A stretch of 63,852 nucleotides of DNA, counting the filler, from Basidiobolus ranarum (taxonomy: Eukaryota), in assembly GCA_040143965.1 (NCBI GenBank). It is 25 parts of 25 records of this genome, joined end to end, with 100 filler letters (N's around TTAATTAATTAA, not from the genome) between each part and the next. Parts side by side here need not be neighbours in the genome. Positions count along the whole stretch, not along the records: positions 1 to 2,468 come from JASJQH010010182.1; positions 2,569 to 5,036 come from JASJQH010010183.1; positions 5,137 to 7,603 come from JASJQH010010184.1; positions 7,704 to 10,169 come from JASJQH010010185.1; positions 10,270 to 12,734 come from JASJQH010010186.1; 20 more parts are not named here. One strand, given 5' to 3'. The first letter of the stretch is position 1. Every line of letters begins with the position of its first letter. This document shows, in pieces, positions 1-12,734 of this stretch. The position numbers and the translations under genes were made by a program. The notes beneath the pieces were generated by a model. It saw only the letters and a program-made list of their open reading frames with translations. It made no database searches and had not been told where the DNA came from.

Positions 1-111
1 CTACAGAAGACATGACTATGACCGCTATAGAAGATATGGCTACGACCGCTACAGAAGATACGGCTCTGGTAGAAGATATGGCAGATCGTACTAGGATCAT
101 TACTAGTCACT
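1..111 (+). repeat. Terminal direct repeat of contig 1 (identical to 2358-2468): 3' end of another copy of the gene at 1837-2451
   Basis: ctacagaagacatgac...tactagtcact occurs identically at both contig ends, giving a period of 2357 bp. Confidence 0.95.
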
Positions 112-1716
112 ATAGTTACCAATAAGCACATATGTGGCATTCTCAAGATGTATCTGCTCTCTTTCACTGTCGCTCTTGTATATGAGCTCATATGTGAGTG
201 ATAGTGGCTTCTCAATAAAACTAGTTCCTAGTCATTACTATATCAAGACATCACAATCGTTTGATATAATTCTCCCACTAGTCCACACAGTAAATGTCAT
301 TTTCACTTCAGGAGGAGAGTAATCTTTCTGAAGAATTTGACGTTAGTGATGTGGTTGTCTATTCCCTGCACCGTCATTTGTACTGTGTATGAAACACGCG
401 AAACATTCACTATCTCAATTTGATTGGTTCTTTGAATTGAAGTGCTTCTAATACTGGTACTGTTTAATATCTGATTCATTTCAGAGATGACCACAAAGAG
501 TACACAGCTCTGCGAACACCTACGAGCGTGGGTTAAATAGCGACTTGCGGGTTGAGATTGCGTTTATCAACATATTACCTTCTTTTCTCTGGCTCATTAT
601 CATGAACTATGTGCTGATATACAGCACCTATATCAGGTACATAACACGAGTCATTCTTAGAAAGAATAATGTGTATGTTTGGGATACATACAGAATCAGA
701 TACATTTGCTAATAAGTGCCAAGATTATGCAATGTAGTAATGAAGGTTGAAAAGGAATAGCAACGTTATTCAAATGTATGGAATATCATGCCAAAACACA
801 GGTAATCACGCATGGATTAAAGTGCACCCTAGGGTCTAATAAAAGCAAATCTGATGGAATTAACACTTGTGTAGCCTACCTATGATGTTCACGGTAGGAT
901 TAACAAAAGTAATTCCGATTGAACCAATATCTACAAAAGTAAAGTATTCACAATCATTTCATAAATTAAGCTTTAAGTATGGATATATAGTTATATATAA
1001 AAGAAAATCCCATACCCAGTGAGTGAGCAAGTACCAGCATACCAAAACTCTTGTGAGAAGTCTTGAGTATGTGAAATTCTTCTGTGGGGCATCGTATTCT
1101 GAGGCTACGGCAACATGATATTTCAGAGTCTGATATAGTCATAAAGATATGTAGAAGTAGTTTTCTGGCCTATCTGATTGTCACCTTTTTAGCCCTGATA
1201 TGCTTGAACTTTACTCTCAATTGATGTATTGTCTTGCAGGCTGAAGTATACCTGGTAGTAATGTATTTGGCCAGCAGGTATAGAAGTTTATAGTGAAATT
1301 ATGTTGAAAGCCCCTTTCCCATCTGCGAAAAGAGGTTATGTGCTATATCATGCTCTCATTGCCAATTGAAAACTTGACATTACTTCGGCTGAACTTTCAG
1401 CAATATAAAATAGGTACCATGTACCATGTATCAACTTAAAGATTGCCAATTTAATGCCAAAATGACATACAATATGTTTTCAATTAGGCTCTTAAAAACT
1501 TAGTAGTACAGCTTGCCACTGAACTGCTAGTATCACCATCATGAGCTGTCAAAAGTAGTCAGTAGCAATGACTCGTTTTTTAAGTGTAGGCTAGTAATGT
1601 AAAATACTACGAATAGTTAGCTTTATTAAACAAACAGATATGCCTGATGAAAGTTCATTCGTAACTAATGAGCAAAATGAGGAAATACCAACTGAATTCT
1701 AATGCTCGAAGTTCAT

Positions 1717-1723
1717 TATATAA
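1717..1723 (+). promoter_or_regulatory. Putative TATA box of the 1837-2451 gene
   Basis: TATATAA lies about 115 bp upstream of the ATG at 1837. Confidence 0.4.
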
Positions 1724-1836
1724 GGTTGCAATTACGGGTCTCATATCTCAAATAAAAGTAGCCCGTTTGTCCACAGGAGCATCAGACTCGAGTATTCAAA
1801 GCCATAGTCAACGAACTCTTGAATAAACAACGGAAC

Positions 1837-2451
1837 ATGCTTCAACTCTCTTTTGCTGGCGCACTATTAATGGCAACTTTGGCTTATGGCCACCACTTGC
1901 AATTCGCTCATCATGGTGCCGGAAACAGTATAGCTCGTGCTACAGTGGCAGATACTGACTTTGGCTCTCTTTTCCATTCAACAGAAGGTGTCCTTATTCC
2001 AAGCTTCTTTCTAGATGAAGAGATAGAAATCACTCCTGAAGAGGGCCAGTTGCGCCGAATCAGGATTAGGAAGTTACTCAGGCGTAAACCAATCCACAAG
2101 AGAATCAAGAAACACCCCAAGAAGAAGGTAGAGTTGCCTATTGATGAAGGATTGGAGACTGGAGATAAGGGGACCGAAGTTGCACCCACTGGCGAACCCA
2201 CCACTGATAGTCCCGACACCAAAGTTACCACCACTACTCCTGATGAAGAGTCTGAGGCTGACCAGGATACTGCTCCCGAAGAGACAGAATTATATCGTAG
2301 ATACGGTGGATCTCGTAGATATGATTATGACCGCTACAGAAGACATGACTATGACCGCTACAGAAGACATGACTATGACCGCTATAGAAGATATGGCTAC
2401 GACCGCTACAGAAGATACGGCTCTGGTAGAAGATATGGCAGATCGTACTAG
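1837..2451 (+). CDS. Secreted 204-aa protein with C-terminal RR-delimited Tyr-rich repeats (Kex2-processed repeat protein-like)
   Basis: ATG at 1837. Hydrophobic signal MLQLSFAGALLMATLAYG, a polybasic segment, an acidic T/E/D linker, then RR-YGGS-RR-YDYDRY-RR-HDYDRY-RR-HDYDRY-RR-YGYDRY-RR-YGSG-RR-YGRSY. Confidence 0.85.
   Translation: MLQLSFAGALLMATLAYGHHLQFAHHGAGNSIARATVADTDFGSLFHSTEGVLIPSFFLDEEIEITPEEGQLRRIRIRKLLRRKPIHKRIKKHPKKKVELPIDEGLETGDKGTEVAPTGEPTTDSPDTKVTTTTPDEESEADQDTAPEETELYRRYGGSRRYDYDRYRRHDYDRYRRHDYDRYRRYGYDRYRRYGSGRRYGRSY
2294..2448 (+). repeat. 24-bp coding tandem repeat (gaccgctacagaagacatgactat variants)
   Basis: About four near-perfect units plus degenerate flanking units, encoding DRYRRHDY and variants. 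Confidence 0.9.
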
Positions 2452-2468
2452 GATCATTACTAGTCACT

Positions 2469-2568
2469 NNNNNNNNNNNNNNNNNNNNNNNNNNNNNNNN
2501 NNNNNNNNNNNNTTAATTAATTAANNNNNNNNNNNNNNNNNNNNNNNNNNNNNNNNNNNNNNNNNNNN
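2469..2568. other. Artificial contig linker (first of 24: 44N + TTAATTAATTAA + 44N)
   Basis: An identical 100-bp spacer with stops in all six frames recurs about every 2.55 kb. The flanking contigs are sorted by decreasing length, 2468 to 2446 bp. Confidence 0.98.
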
Positions 2569-4204
2569 CGTAGATCTATTCAAGAGAATTGATTAATAAT
2601 ATATGGTTGAATGTTTCTATCTCCAAAGATTTACATTGAGTTGACGAGTGAACGAGGCCAATTTACTAGTCTCGTAATATTGGGGAAGCACTTTGGAAGC
2701 AAATTCGATTGAATCCTTAATAATGAAGCTGATGCCAGACCATTCCCACGATATTATATGGGAATAATTTGGCTCGGAAAGGATTCTATATAATGGTTAA
2801 TGTTAACAATGACCAACTTCTATGAGAAAAGGAAAGATGAAAGAAATAGCATTACTTCACAAGATTTAGTACAAAAGGAGATGAGCGAATACTGTATCTA
2901 TCTGACATTTTTGAGATTAGTAATGGTTATGCTAGTACCAACGGAGAAGACAACCCATTTTATACTTTCCTTCTGAATGGGTATATTTTGTGGCTTTCTT
3001 TCTGCTGTTTTTCCTCGCACTGATTTATTTCTTGAACTACTGCAACAATAACATAATGAATAGTGTGATCTATCGCAAATGAAGCAACAGTCATAATACT
3101 GGCTCTTCTGTATATGATTACCATTTGGGTATTACTGTTTAGGTAAGAAAAACCACTAGCAAGTTGAGTTTAAGGATGGCCCTACTCACTCTCAAGTTCA
3201 TATTTACTTTACATGGATATGAGACACCTACATTAGGTATCACTTTCTCACTATGACACTTGCATCAGGTATAGTGTATATGTTGTAATAATAATGAAAG
3301 AAAAGTGAGATTTTACACTCTTTTGAGTGACAAAAACTTTATTTACATTAGCTGAAACATTTTTCATCTGTAATACTGCGTCTGTTTGGCCTTATCATCA
3401 TACTCCATTGTAGAAAAAGCTTGATTTGATCTCCCCCCATGATAGATAACTGACTCTAAACTTTCAATCAGGTTGTATTAAAGTAAGCTGTAAACTAGGC
3501 AATTTTGTTTTACTGACAGTATTGGTCAAGGTTAGGGTTGATTTCGTGACTGTTGTGTTGTCGCGTTGCACTCTATTGGCTACTCATAAAGCATGGAAAT
3601 GCGTAGGTGAAAGTATGGTAATTAAACTTGGACCTTGGACCATGCGGGCTATATATCATTACTATTGGCTTAACCATTCTTAGAGTTGGTTAAGCCTAAG
3701 TTTCATAAGTCTGATGGTCCATTCACAGATAAGATTCCCGAATGAGAATTAGGAGGATTATCATATCAGTATTGAAGTATAGTAAATTGACGGAATGCTA
3801 AATTAAATACTCTTTTATCACTAACCGGTTGTCAGAGAAGTATATGATCTGTGAGGAAGGAACATGAGAAATTTAAGTGCTAGAATTGCCACTCAGAGAT
3901 TTAAGTCGTGTTTCGCTCAATAAGTATATGTTTCATATCCATTCAACTCTAACAATGAGGTTATCGATGAGAATTATCTGTCATCTTTTTGCGCAGCATG
4001 TCCGTTGCTGGTTCTAGCGTTGCTTTAGCGTGTGGATTGGCACGATAATTTTCTACACTCATCTCTTTTACAGCTTGGGTGAAACTATCTGACATGACAA
4101 TTTAATTCAACCTATTGCGTATCGACCTAAAGTCATGATCTGTTCATTGATTCTTGTTAGTTGTAACAGTCACCATTTGAACCATTAACTTGATTCTTAT
4201 CCAG

Positions 4205-5036
4205 CAAGGGGAGCTCCTGATATATAATTGGCAAGTGTCTTAGAAAGTAGGCTTCAAGTAACATCATGTATTAAATCTGATTGGCACATTTGAATCACCT
4301 ATATGATTTTGTTGAATTTTTGATAAAACCTATTCTCTCCTCCAGTTTCACTCAGCACTATTTTTATCCAGATTAGATGGATTGACTGCTATGAATTGAA
4401 TCCACTTGATGTATAATTGGCATACTACTTACTTTTCCAGTCTTTACATGCTTTCCGAAGAAGGCAGATATGTGCTTTTGGTAGTGTTTGTGTTGAATAA
4501 AATAGCTGATCCTACTCTTTCGACTGGATGCTATTTGCCACCTCTATCTTTACCATATATATATATATATAGAAATCTATATATTTGTCTTTCATAGTAT
4601 TATAAATATTTATGGATATTTAAATCTTAAACACTATATGCACTGATGATTGAATCTCGGTAATAGTCACCGGATGGTTATCCTGTGAGGGAATTATCAT
4701 TGAAAGAAGTAAATATATGGACCCCAACCCCCAAGGCACTTTTAAAAATCATCGTTTCCATCAACTACAAAGTTATGCAATACAATTCATTTTTTGGTAT
4801 TTTGCACGATAGTATAAATGTTTAAATTGTATGCTACCATGTAACTGCTTATCCTTTCCAAGAATCAACGATCTCTTAATCATAAATGCGGAAACTATTG
4901 TTACAAACGAGGAGGTTATTGATATAATGGATAAAGTTGGTGAGGTGATTAACTCCGATTTGGCTTCCACTAGCACTTCTTTGTTTTATTTGAGTGAACC
5001 GGCCCGAGAAACGCTGGACAGATGCACGCATCACTG
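4205..5036 (+). CDS. Possible fragment of a multi-exon gene of unknown function
   Basis: Short open segments bounded by pyrimidine-AG and GT/GC sites (e.g. IRWIDCYELNPLD, SPDGYPVRELSLKEVNIWTPTPKALLKII, INDLLIINAETIVTNEEVIDIMDKVGE). No family recognised. Confidence 0.3.
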
Positions 5037-5136
5037 NNNNNNNNNNNNNNNNNNNNNNNNNNNNNNNNNNNNNNNNNNNNTTAATTAATTAANNNNNNNN
5101 NNNNNNNNNNNNNNNNNNNNNNNNNNNNNNNNNNNN

Positions 5137-5253
5137 GATCAGCAAAGTAACTCTCGTTATGGCCACCAGTACGAGCAAGATGAGTATGATAACGAATACC
5201 AACGCGGTGTCTCTGACAGAAATGGTCAACAAAACTATCCTCATTCTGTTTAA
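5137..5253 (+). CDS. C-terminal end of the 31-aa repeat protein (same gene as 14642-15298, or a paralog)
   Basis: Translates DQQSNSRYGHQYEQDEYDNEYQRGVSDRNGQQNYPHSV*, matching the repeat unit in contig 6. Confidence 0.85.
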   Translation, partial: DQQSNSRYGHQYEQDEYDNEYQRGVSDRNGQQNYPHSV

Positions 5254-5264
5254 TTTAATTAGTT

Positions 5265-5785
5265 TACTTTAGCAATCTCTGCTAAATATCACTTTATTTT
5301 ACATCAAATGGATGTTAAAGCTGATAATTTGAATGGAGAGGTTGCCAAGAAAATCTATATGAACCAGTCAGATGGACTAGTTGACACTGAAGGCCTTAAA
5401 AAGTTTGCAGACTCTTGAAAACACTCTATGGCTTAAGACAATCTCCCAGATCTTGGAATAGCTAGATAGATGCTTTTTGGAAACACTGGACTTCTAAAAA
5501 AGTAAAGCTGACTATCATAAGCACTTCAGGCCAGATATACAAACCCAGTTTTATAAATCTTAGATGAAGATGAACTCATCATAACAACCAAAGACTTGTA
5601 GATTTTAAAAAAACCAAGTCCAGCTAAACTGTCAAATTCAAAATGACAGATCTGGTGAACTGACATACTATGCCAGAATCTAAGCCAAGTTGGATACAAC
5701 AACCACAAAATATCTTCAAACCAGTCTAAGAATATCTTAGATATACAAAGAAGTTTAAAATAGAAGAATGTGGTCCAGCATATAC
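5265..5785 (+). mobile_element. Degenerate Ty1/Copia reverse transcriptase fragment
   Basis: AISAKYHFILHQMDVKA and LLKTLYGLRQSPRSWN motifs, with stops and frameshifts. Confidence 0.85.
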
Positions 5786-6960
5786 CCCTGACAGAAATTT
5801 GAGGATTATTATCATAGGAAAACCATTGCAATTTGAATCCATTTTGGAATACCATTTACTTACCATGATAAAATTGTCAAGTTAGATTCAGGAGTGAAGT
5901 TTTACAATCTTGCAAGATAGTTGCACATGATTGGCTACATTCTTGGAGAACCATAGATCAGCACATGGGCAAAAAACTTAAATTATATTTTATGCATTTA
6001 CCATTTCAATGCTAACTTGTCACCCTATAAATACCTAGTTTTTTAATATATTCTCCTGAATGCTTTTGTAGAGTTCTTCATAACCAAGGTTTAGCTCATA
6101 TCCTACATGAGTTTGTATCAATATCTCCATCAAAGCCCACCATTGTATTAATGTTGCTGAATCAACATTCTTCCAGCTATCTGGCAAATACCCTGCAATA
6201 TTGTACCACTCTGGATTGAGTTCTTCCCAGAAATCTGCATGGTAAACACCAGGCTAAATGTTCGGTTAAATGCTCTTGTTTAATTTCAACACTTTCAAAA
6301 GTACCAGTATATGTTGGAGAGCTATGAGTTTTATTTGCTAGTTTTTGGCTTGTTGGGAGATGCCAGGTGTTGAATAAACTGCCAAATTTAGCACTCTTTG
6401 AACTGGTGTACCTGGTCCAATAGTAAAATTAAGCTTTTTTGCCAGTATATCCAACTCTGGAAATGCAGAGCTTTGTTATGGTGTAGAATCTGGTAAGTGG
6501 GATCACAGAGCCTTAACACAGTGGCTCCTTTTCTTTTCCCTTGTGTTTACTAACTTCCTGCTCCTTGAGTACTTTTTTAGCTGCTTTTCTTTCTTTTTGA
6601 AGTTGATAATTGCATCCATTTTGGAGATAAATCATGAACAGGTCTATACTGGCCTGATTGCTATTTGTATGCAAAAACCCAGGATAAGACACATGAAGTG
6701 AGTCAAGAATCTTCAGAGTAATGCCTGTTTTTGCTTTTTCCATAATTAACTCTGATCAAGGAGATTTTGGGCAAGATTCTGCACAGTTTCCAAAATGTTA
6801 AACCACTCCTCATCAGAGCAAGTGATGGCAGCTCTGATATCCAGAGTATTTTGGTTTGCAGGGTCTCCTTTGAGCTTTCTACTTTCATGTGCCCAAGCAA
6901 TTCTTGGTGTTGCGTAGGCTTAATGGTCCAACACATATTCTGCTATGCAAGATTGTCATG
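5786..6960 (+). mobile_element. CACTA/EnSpm-type DNA transposon left end plus a degenerate minus-strand accessory ORF
   Basis: Starts CCCTGACAGAAATTTGAGG. The subterminal sequence is shared with eight other copies in the window. It continues into ORF remnants at 6513-6936(-). Confidence 0.7.
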
Positions 6961-7026
6961 GTGATGTTCATATGTATGGTGTGGGAATGATTAAAATTGC
7001 ATATGGGAATGGACAGAGGGGACAGC

Positions 7027-7603
7027 CCCAAACAGAAATCTGAGGATTGTTATAGTAGGAAAACTGTCACAATCATAATCCATTTGGGGTTGACCGTTTA
7101 CTTACCAACATAAAATTGCAAAGTTAGATTTGATTTTTATCAATTTTTTTGGTTTCAAGAGTGAGATTTCAAGATCTTGCAAAATAGTTGCATAAGATTG
7201 GCTACAATCTCAGAGAACTATGGATCAACACATGTGCAAAAAACATAACTCATATTTTACACAATTACCACTTGAATGCTAATTTGTTGCCTTCAAAATC
7301 CCTAGTCTCTTTGATATATTCTCCTGAATATTTTTATAGAGTTCTTCATACCCAAGGTTTAGCTCATACCCAACACAAGTTTGTATCAATATCTCAATCA
7401 AAGCTCACCATTGTATTAATGTTGCTGAATTAACATTCTTCCAGCTATCTGGTGGATACTGTGTGATATTGTGCCACTCTGTATTACGTTCTTGCCAGAT
7501 ATCCGCATGGTCAACACCAGACTGAATATCAAGCTGAATGTTCTTCTTCTGAAGCCACTTTCTGCATAGTTGCATTGTGTTTTTCCCTTCATGCTTGTGA
7601 AAA
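7027..7603 (+). mobile_element. CACTA/EnSpm-type transposon left end (copy)
   Basis: CCCAAACAGAAATCTGAGGATTG followed by the shared subterminal sequence. Confidence 0.75.
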
Positions 7604-7884
7604 NNNNNNNNNNNNNNNNNNNNNNNNNNNNNNNNNNNNNNNNNNNNTTAATTAATTAANNNNNNNNNNNNNNNNNNNNNNNNNNNNNNNNNNNNNNNNN
7701 NNNGGGGTGCTGATCCGAACACAAACGGCCTATTCCACCCCCCCCCCACGACTAGGTGCTAATTGTTCGTCATCTGGTAACAAAACCAAAATACAGTCTC
7801 GTTCGACTTAGGACATTCATATTGTCTAGTAGCTTCTCGAAAGAGTTGTAGTATACGTGAAATTACTGGCTCCATTCTTCTAAT

Positions 7885-8206
7885 TTTTGAAAAAGACATA
7901 GCTTAAACATCTATATAATCATATAGTTAACTACCTAAATTTCACTATTATTATTCAATATCGTCAAGAGGAATTTACTTTGAATACTGAGACCAACTTG
8001 GAAGTTCTCAGATTATATCATTTTCTCAAACTTGTCCAAGAGACTCCAAACTTTGTACACACTTCTTGAGCATATTTTACACGTTGGTTTGTTTACTTCT
8101 TGACAAAAGTACAAATATCAGCTTACACTCAATAAATCATTAAGTGAAAGCACCAATTCTTCTAGTGGTCCAAATCACTTCCAACAACTCCCAAAATAGT
8201 TCAACA
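7885..8206 (+). mobile_element. Degenerate solo LTR, Copia LTR family A
   Basis: Similar to the reverse complement of 19283-19630 and 34136-34482. Ends in ...TTCAACA. Confidence 0.65.
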
Positions 8207-10022
8207 TAGCCAAGTTGATGGTAATGGGACTTGCATGTAATATAGCATCTGAGATGATGTGCAAGATGTAATCAGTATTTTAAGATCCTTCTCTCAGCTA
8301 TAGTCATACTCATGCAGTGGAATATACTCAATCTACAAAATATAATTTTGGATGCATCCTGAAGCGATCATACTTCTTCCAGATGGTGTAACAAGAGATC
8401 ATGATTTGAAAGAATAATCATATCCGACACCGGTAGTACATATATTGAAAGACTTTTGGTAATTAGTTTATTTCAATATTGCAATGATTATGCAATCAAA
8501 GAGAATATTATTTGCTCTTTCCTATCCATGGTCACTTGTAAGGGAACTGTGGCTATGGGTGTTAACCTTTTGATATCTGAAAATCAGAATTCACTCAGTG
8601 AAGTTAGTATAATGTCTAAATCAAATTCATGTCTGATTCTGAATGCTGAAAATATGCTAGGTCTGCAATGCAGATATAAAAGCAATCTTAAGCTGGGAGA
8701 AAACTTATGGATGTATCTATTTCTCAGATTGAAGTGGATGATTAGCAAAGTTATACCTAGTCTATAGAAAGAGGAGTATATATTATGTTTAATATTAATA
8801 AAGTTCACATTATTTGACAATGTTTCACTCTAAAATCTTTTGCCAACTAGCAATATTCATTTGTATCATGAAAATAGGCAAGCTAGGAGACTTGATCTTT
8901 CCAAGTATCACCTATGGTAATCTCTTATCGTACACTCTTGATTTGGTTGATCTCTATAGTTGCTACAGTTGAGGCTCAAGGTTGAGAGCTGCCAGAATTA
9001 ACATAAGTATGTATCTTACCACCGATAGTATGCACTAAAACCCGCTTATAAGTATAAAAACAGATCTCTCATTTTTGAATAAATATCTTTTAATCGTAAA
9101 TGATTTTATTTTTTAGAAATATTCAACTAAGGTCAGTATTTTCTCATCAAGCATGGATGGAAAGAATGGAAATTCGTTGAGAGATGTCTATCTTAATATC
9201 ATGCTCAATATTTCTATAAATTGCATAAACTCAGAAATATGCTTGACTTTCTATAAATAATCTCCTTGTGTTACATAAACTTTAATTGACACATTAGGAG
9301 AATAATCAAAATTTCAAAAATATGCAAGATCGAGGTGCCAGTCCATATATGATATAGATACCGTATATATATGCTTCACTTGCACTTGCCTACTTAAAGC
9401 TATCATTGATGTGTGGAATATCAGAGCACAGGAGAATGGTTGGCAAACTGAATGGAACTATAGGAATTGGTTGAATCTTTTTTCTATAATATATCCGTTC
9501 GGCCATTCTTAAGAGATGAAATTGTTAGAAGTTACAGGTTGACCTGAACGAATATATTAAATAAGATGCATCGTCATTTGAAGCATGCCAGACGCTTTCT
9601 AGCTTTGTCGAGCTGTTTTTCCTTTGCAAATGTGTATACTTTTCTGGAAATATCTTTCCACCTTTTCTCAACCCCCCTATAGAAGATATTCCAGGTATTG
9701 TCTACGCCCTTTTCGCATGTTTTTCTTTCGTTGGTTTTTACTACTTAGTGCACTTTATAACTTAATTAATCCATAATTTCAGGGAAATATCATGCAATAT
9801 GATAGCTCACTGTTCAATAAGGTATACTCATTGTCGCTTATGGACGAATAAAAGATTTCAAAGTAGATATATACTCCATCCATCACCATATATATTTATT
9901 TATTTATTCTCGAAAAGTTAAGGTTTGAATTATGTTTCTTGAATCTAAATTACAAAACTACATTGATGAATGCTTACGTAAACATTGGAAATCAATACAA
10001 TTAATTGATTCTATCGTAGAAT

Positions 10023-10169
<147 letters not shown>

Positions 10170-10269
10170 NNNNNNNNNNNNNNNNNNNNNNNNNNNNNNN
10201 NNNNNNNNNNNNNTTAATTAATTAANNNNNNNNNNNNNNNNNNNNNNNNNNNNNNNNNNNNNNNNNNNN

Positions 10270-10850
10270 TGGAATAGTAAATTGCTGCTGAATTCCCTTT
10301 TCTTGACAAAAGCTAGTCATGGCTTCATTGCTAAATTCAGTTCCATTATCACTGCATATGTATTTGATTTTTCTTCCTGTGATGGTTATGAACATTGCTT
10401 CATATATCCTAAAATATTGAAACACCTCTCCTTTACTTGACAGACAATAAGAAAGTGTGAAGTGAGATTTATCATCAATAATGATCAGTAAGTTTTGTTG
10501 CTTACTTGGTGTCAGAGTTTGAATTGGGCCACATAAGTCTGTATGAATATGATCCAATAAATCTTTGGCTTTGCTAGCTCCTTCTTATGGAAATGGTTTT
10601 CTGGTGCTTTTCCCTTGAATTTAGCTTTCACATTTAGTATTATCTGAGGGCTTAAGATCCATTCCAGTACATAGGCTGTTTTTATGTAATAGCCGCACAC
10701 TATATAGCTTAGATGACCCAAGTGGTGATGCCAGGTCATCAAGTTTCCAGTAGTAATTGTAGGAGAGTTAGAAACAGTCTCAGTTATTGGTGCAATATCC
10801 AGATGATATAGATTCCTAATCCTTGTTATAGTTGCAACTATCAAGTCCTT
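10270..10850 (-). mobile_element. Ty1/Copia GAG-pre-integrase and integrase core (family C, matches contig 25)
   Basis: NLYHLDIAPITE, WHHHLGHLS, IHTDLCGPI and ICSDNGTEF motifs. Confidence 0.9.
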
Positions 10851-12734
10851 TCCTAACAAAAATAAAAGCAATTTGATACAGCTTGAATCTGTGCTTCTGA
10901 ATTGCAAAACTATCAGAGAACCATCACAATATTGGTGGCTTGCATTCTGCCAGGGTTCTTGATGGTGAAATGATGGTTTCTTGATGGTATATGGATGGTA
11001 TTCAGACATGTTAAAATATAGATCCCCATAATTGGCATGTGTTATTTAATTTCAAGCAGTTTTTGCAAAAATCTAATTTCCAAATGGCAAATTACTGGGT
11101 TTACTGCTGTAGGAATTCAATTAATATGCATGCCTTTATTTTGATATTTTAAGTTTTGTATTCCAGCCACAATGAAAAACAAAAATACAAGAATCTTATT
11201 GTGTTTAGTTTCTACATATGCACATACTTGACTGACCAGACATAACTCAACAACATCAATATGCTTTACCAGCAATTTAATGGTGGAAAATTTGCTAAAC
11301 ATCTGAAATTTCAAATAGCACTGACACTTAGCATATAGTTGACTCTTTTTTCTATTTACAACTAGAATAAGCTCTTGGATTTTGGCAAATTTCCACAAAG
11401 AATTCAGCCTAAGTATCCCCAACATGCAGTCAACAAATGTCTTGCCACAAGTAGATTAGTCATTGCTTGAATTGATTACCTCGTGGCTAATATGATAATA
11501 CTACATATCTCACTCCATCTCACCAAGAAGTCTGTCTTGAAGCTATCCTAGAAATACCATCAGATTATCACACAAACAAATTAGTCTAAGTTATTAAGGT
11601 ACTCACTCTGTGTCCATGGATTGGGCTTTGTTGCTGTTGTTGTGTTCAAACAATGCAAAAACCCATGCGTGCATTGAAAAGAACCCTGTAAAGGAAGGTT
11701 AATATTCTCTGCAGTCTCCTTAACCCATCACACTAGATCCATCACTGATTTTGCTGAGACATTATTAATCAGATTAGCATATGGTGATACTGACAAATTC
11801 ACATGGAGCATTATTTCACCTTAGGTGTGCTCCATTGGGAACTTGCAGAATGTATAGTAAGGGCCTATAATCTCTAGGCATTGTCAAAGATGGAGCCTGG
11901 AATGTATTGAGAACTGGCATATATTCAGTCTATTTCCTTTAAACCTATAATAAAGTTTTTCATATACAAATATAAACTCTTTGCACAGTTGCTGTAGCTG
12001 CCTAAGATCTGTCCATGTGAGTTAATGCCATAAGAATATATCAACAATATCTACAAACCACTCCCAATGTTGCCAATACTTATCAAGTAGAGATTGTTTC
12101 AAGATTTCATTTGAATTTGTACAAATCCAATACTTCCAGTTTGTGCATTTGAATAAACACCTAGATGAGTGGATATTGATGGAGGTTCTGGCAAAATAAG
12201 AGGGTATCTTAATGTTTTCAAGCATTTTCCCAATGAATTCAAACTTTGATCCTATCTTGAATAGCTCTTTCATATTGAATTTTCCACTATATTGCTGAGT
12301 AAACAGAATTAGAATGTTGTTGAATAGTAAGTGCATAGTGCCTAATGGGAAGCTCTGGCTCCAGCTGATCCCCTTTAGCAATATTTTCCTAGGCTTATGG
12401 CTAATACCTAGTTTGAAGTTAGACTGACTCTTTGGTGAATTAATAACAGTGCTCATATTGAAATCTTACTGGGCTTGTGGTGGTAAAATCATGTAGTTAG
12501 TGTTGAATTTGGTTAGTAGTAATCTATATGCCTGATAGAGTAAATCTGTTCATTTGACAAAATCTACAGCAAGATAGTGCATTGTGGCTGCAAAAACCTC
12601 CAAGTTTACTGATGGCAGGATTGTCACCAATATATACAATGATATTAGCTTTAATAAAACATTCACCCATGGGAACCTCATTAGATAACTGTACAAATTC
12701 CAAAAACAAAGGCTCCAAGAAACTATCTATAAGC
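10851..12734 (-). mobile_element. CACTA/EnSpm transposase 3' half and right end, inserted into the Copia element
   Basis: Transposase_21-like GDNPAISKLGGFCSHNALSCCRFC and MHLLFNN motifs. Terminus tCCTAACAAAAATAAAA at 10851. Confidence 0.85.

Noticed and set aside
2294..2315. RR-YGGS resemblance to enkephalin (KR-YGGF)
   Set aside because: Only three residues match and the essential Phe is absent; likely coincidence.
2469..2568. Regularly spaced identical repeat (CRISPR-like periodicity) and ORFs ending in X...LIN
   Set aside because: Artificial N/TTAATTAATTAA linkers; the periodicity reflects size-sorted contigs.
7188..7433. Recurrent short ORF MH.IGYNLRELWINTCAKN (also at 43496, 45574, 51490)
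   Set aside because: It is subterminal DNA of the CACTA left end. Starts are non-ATG and stops differ between copies.
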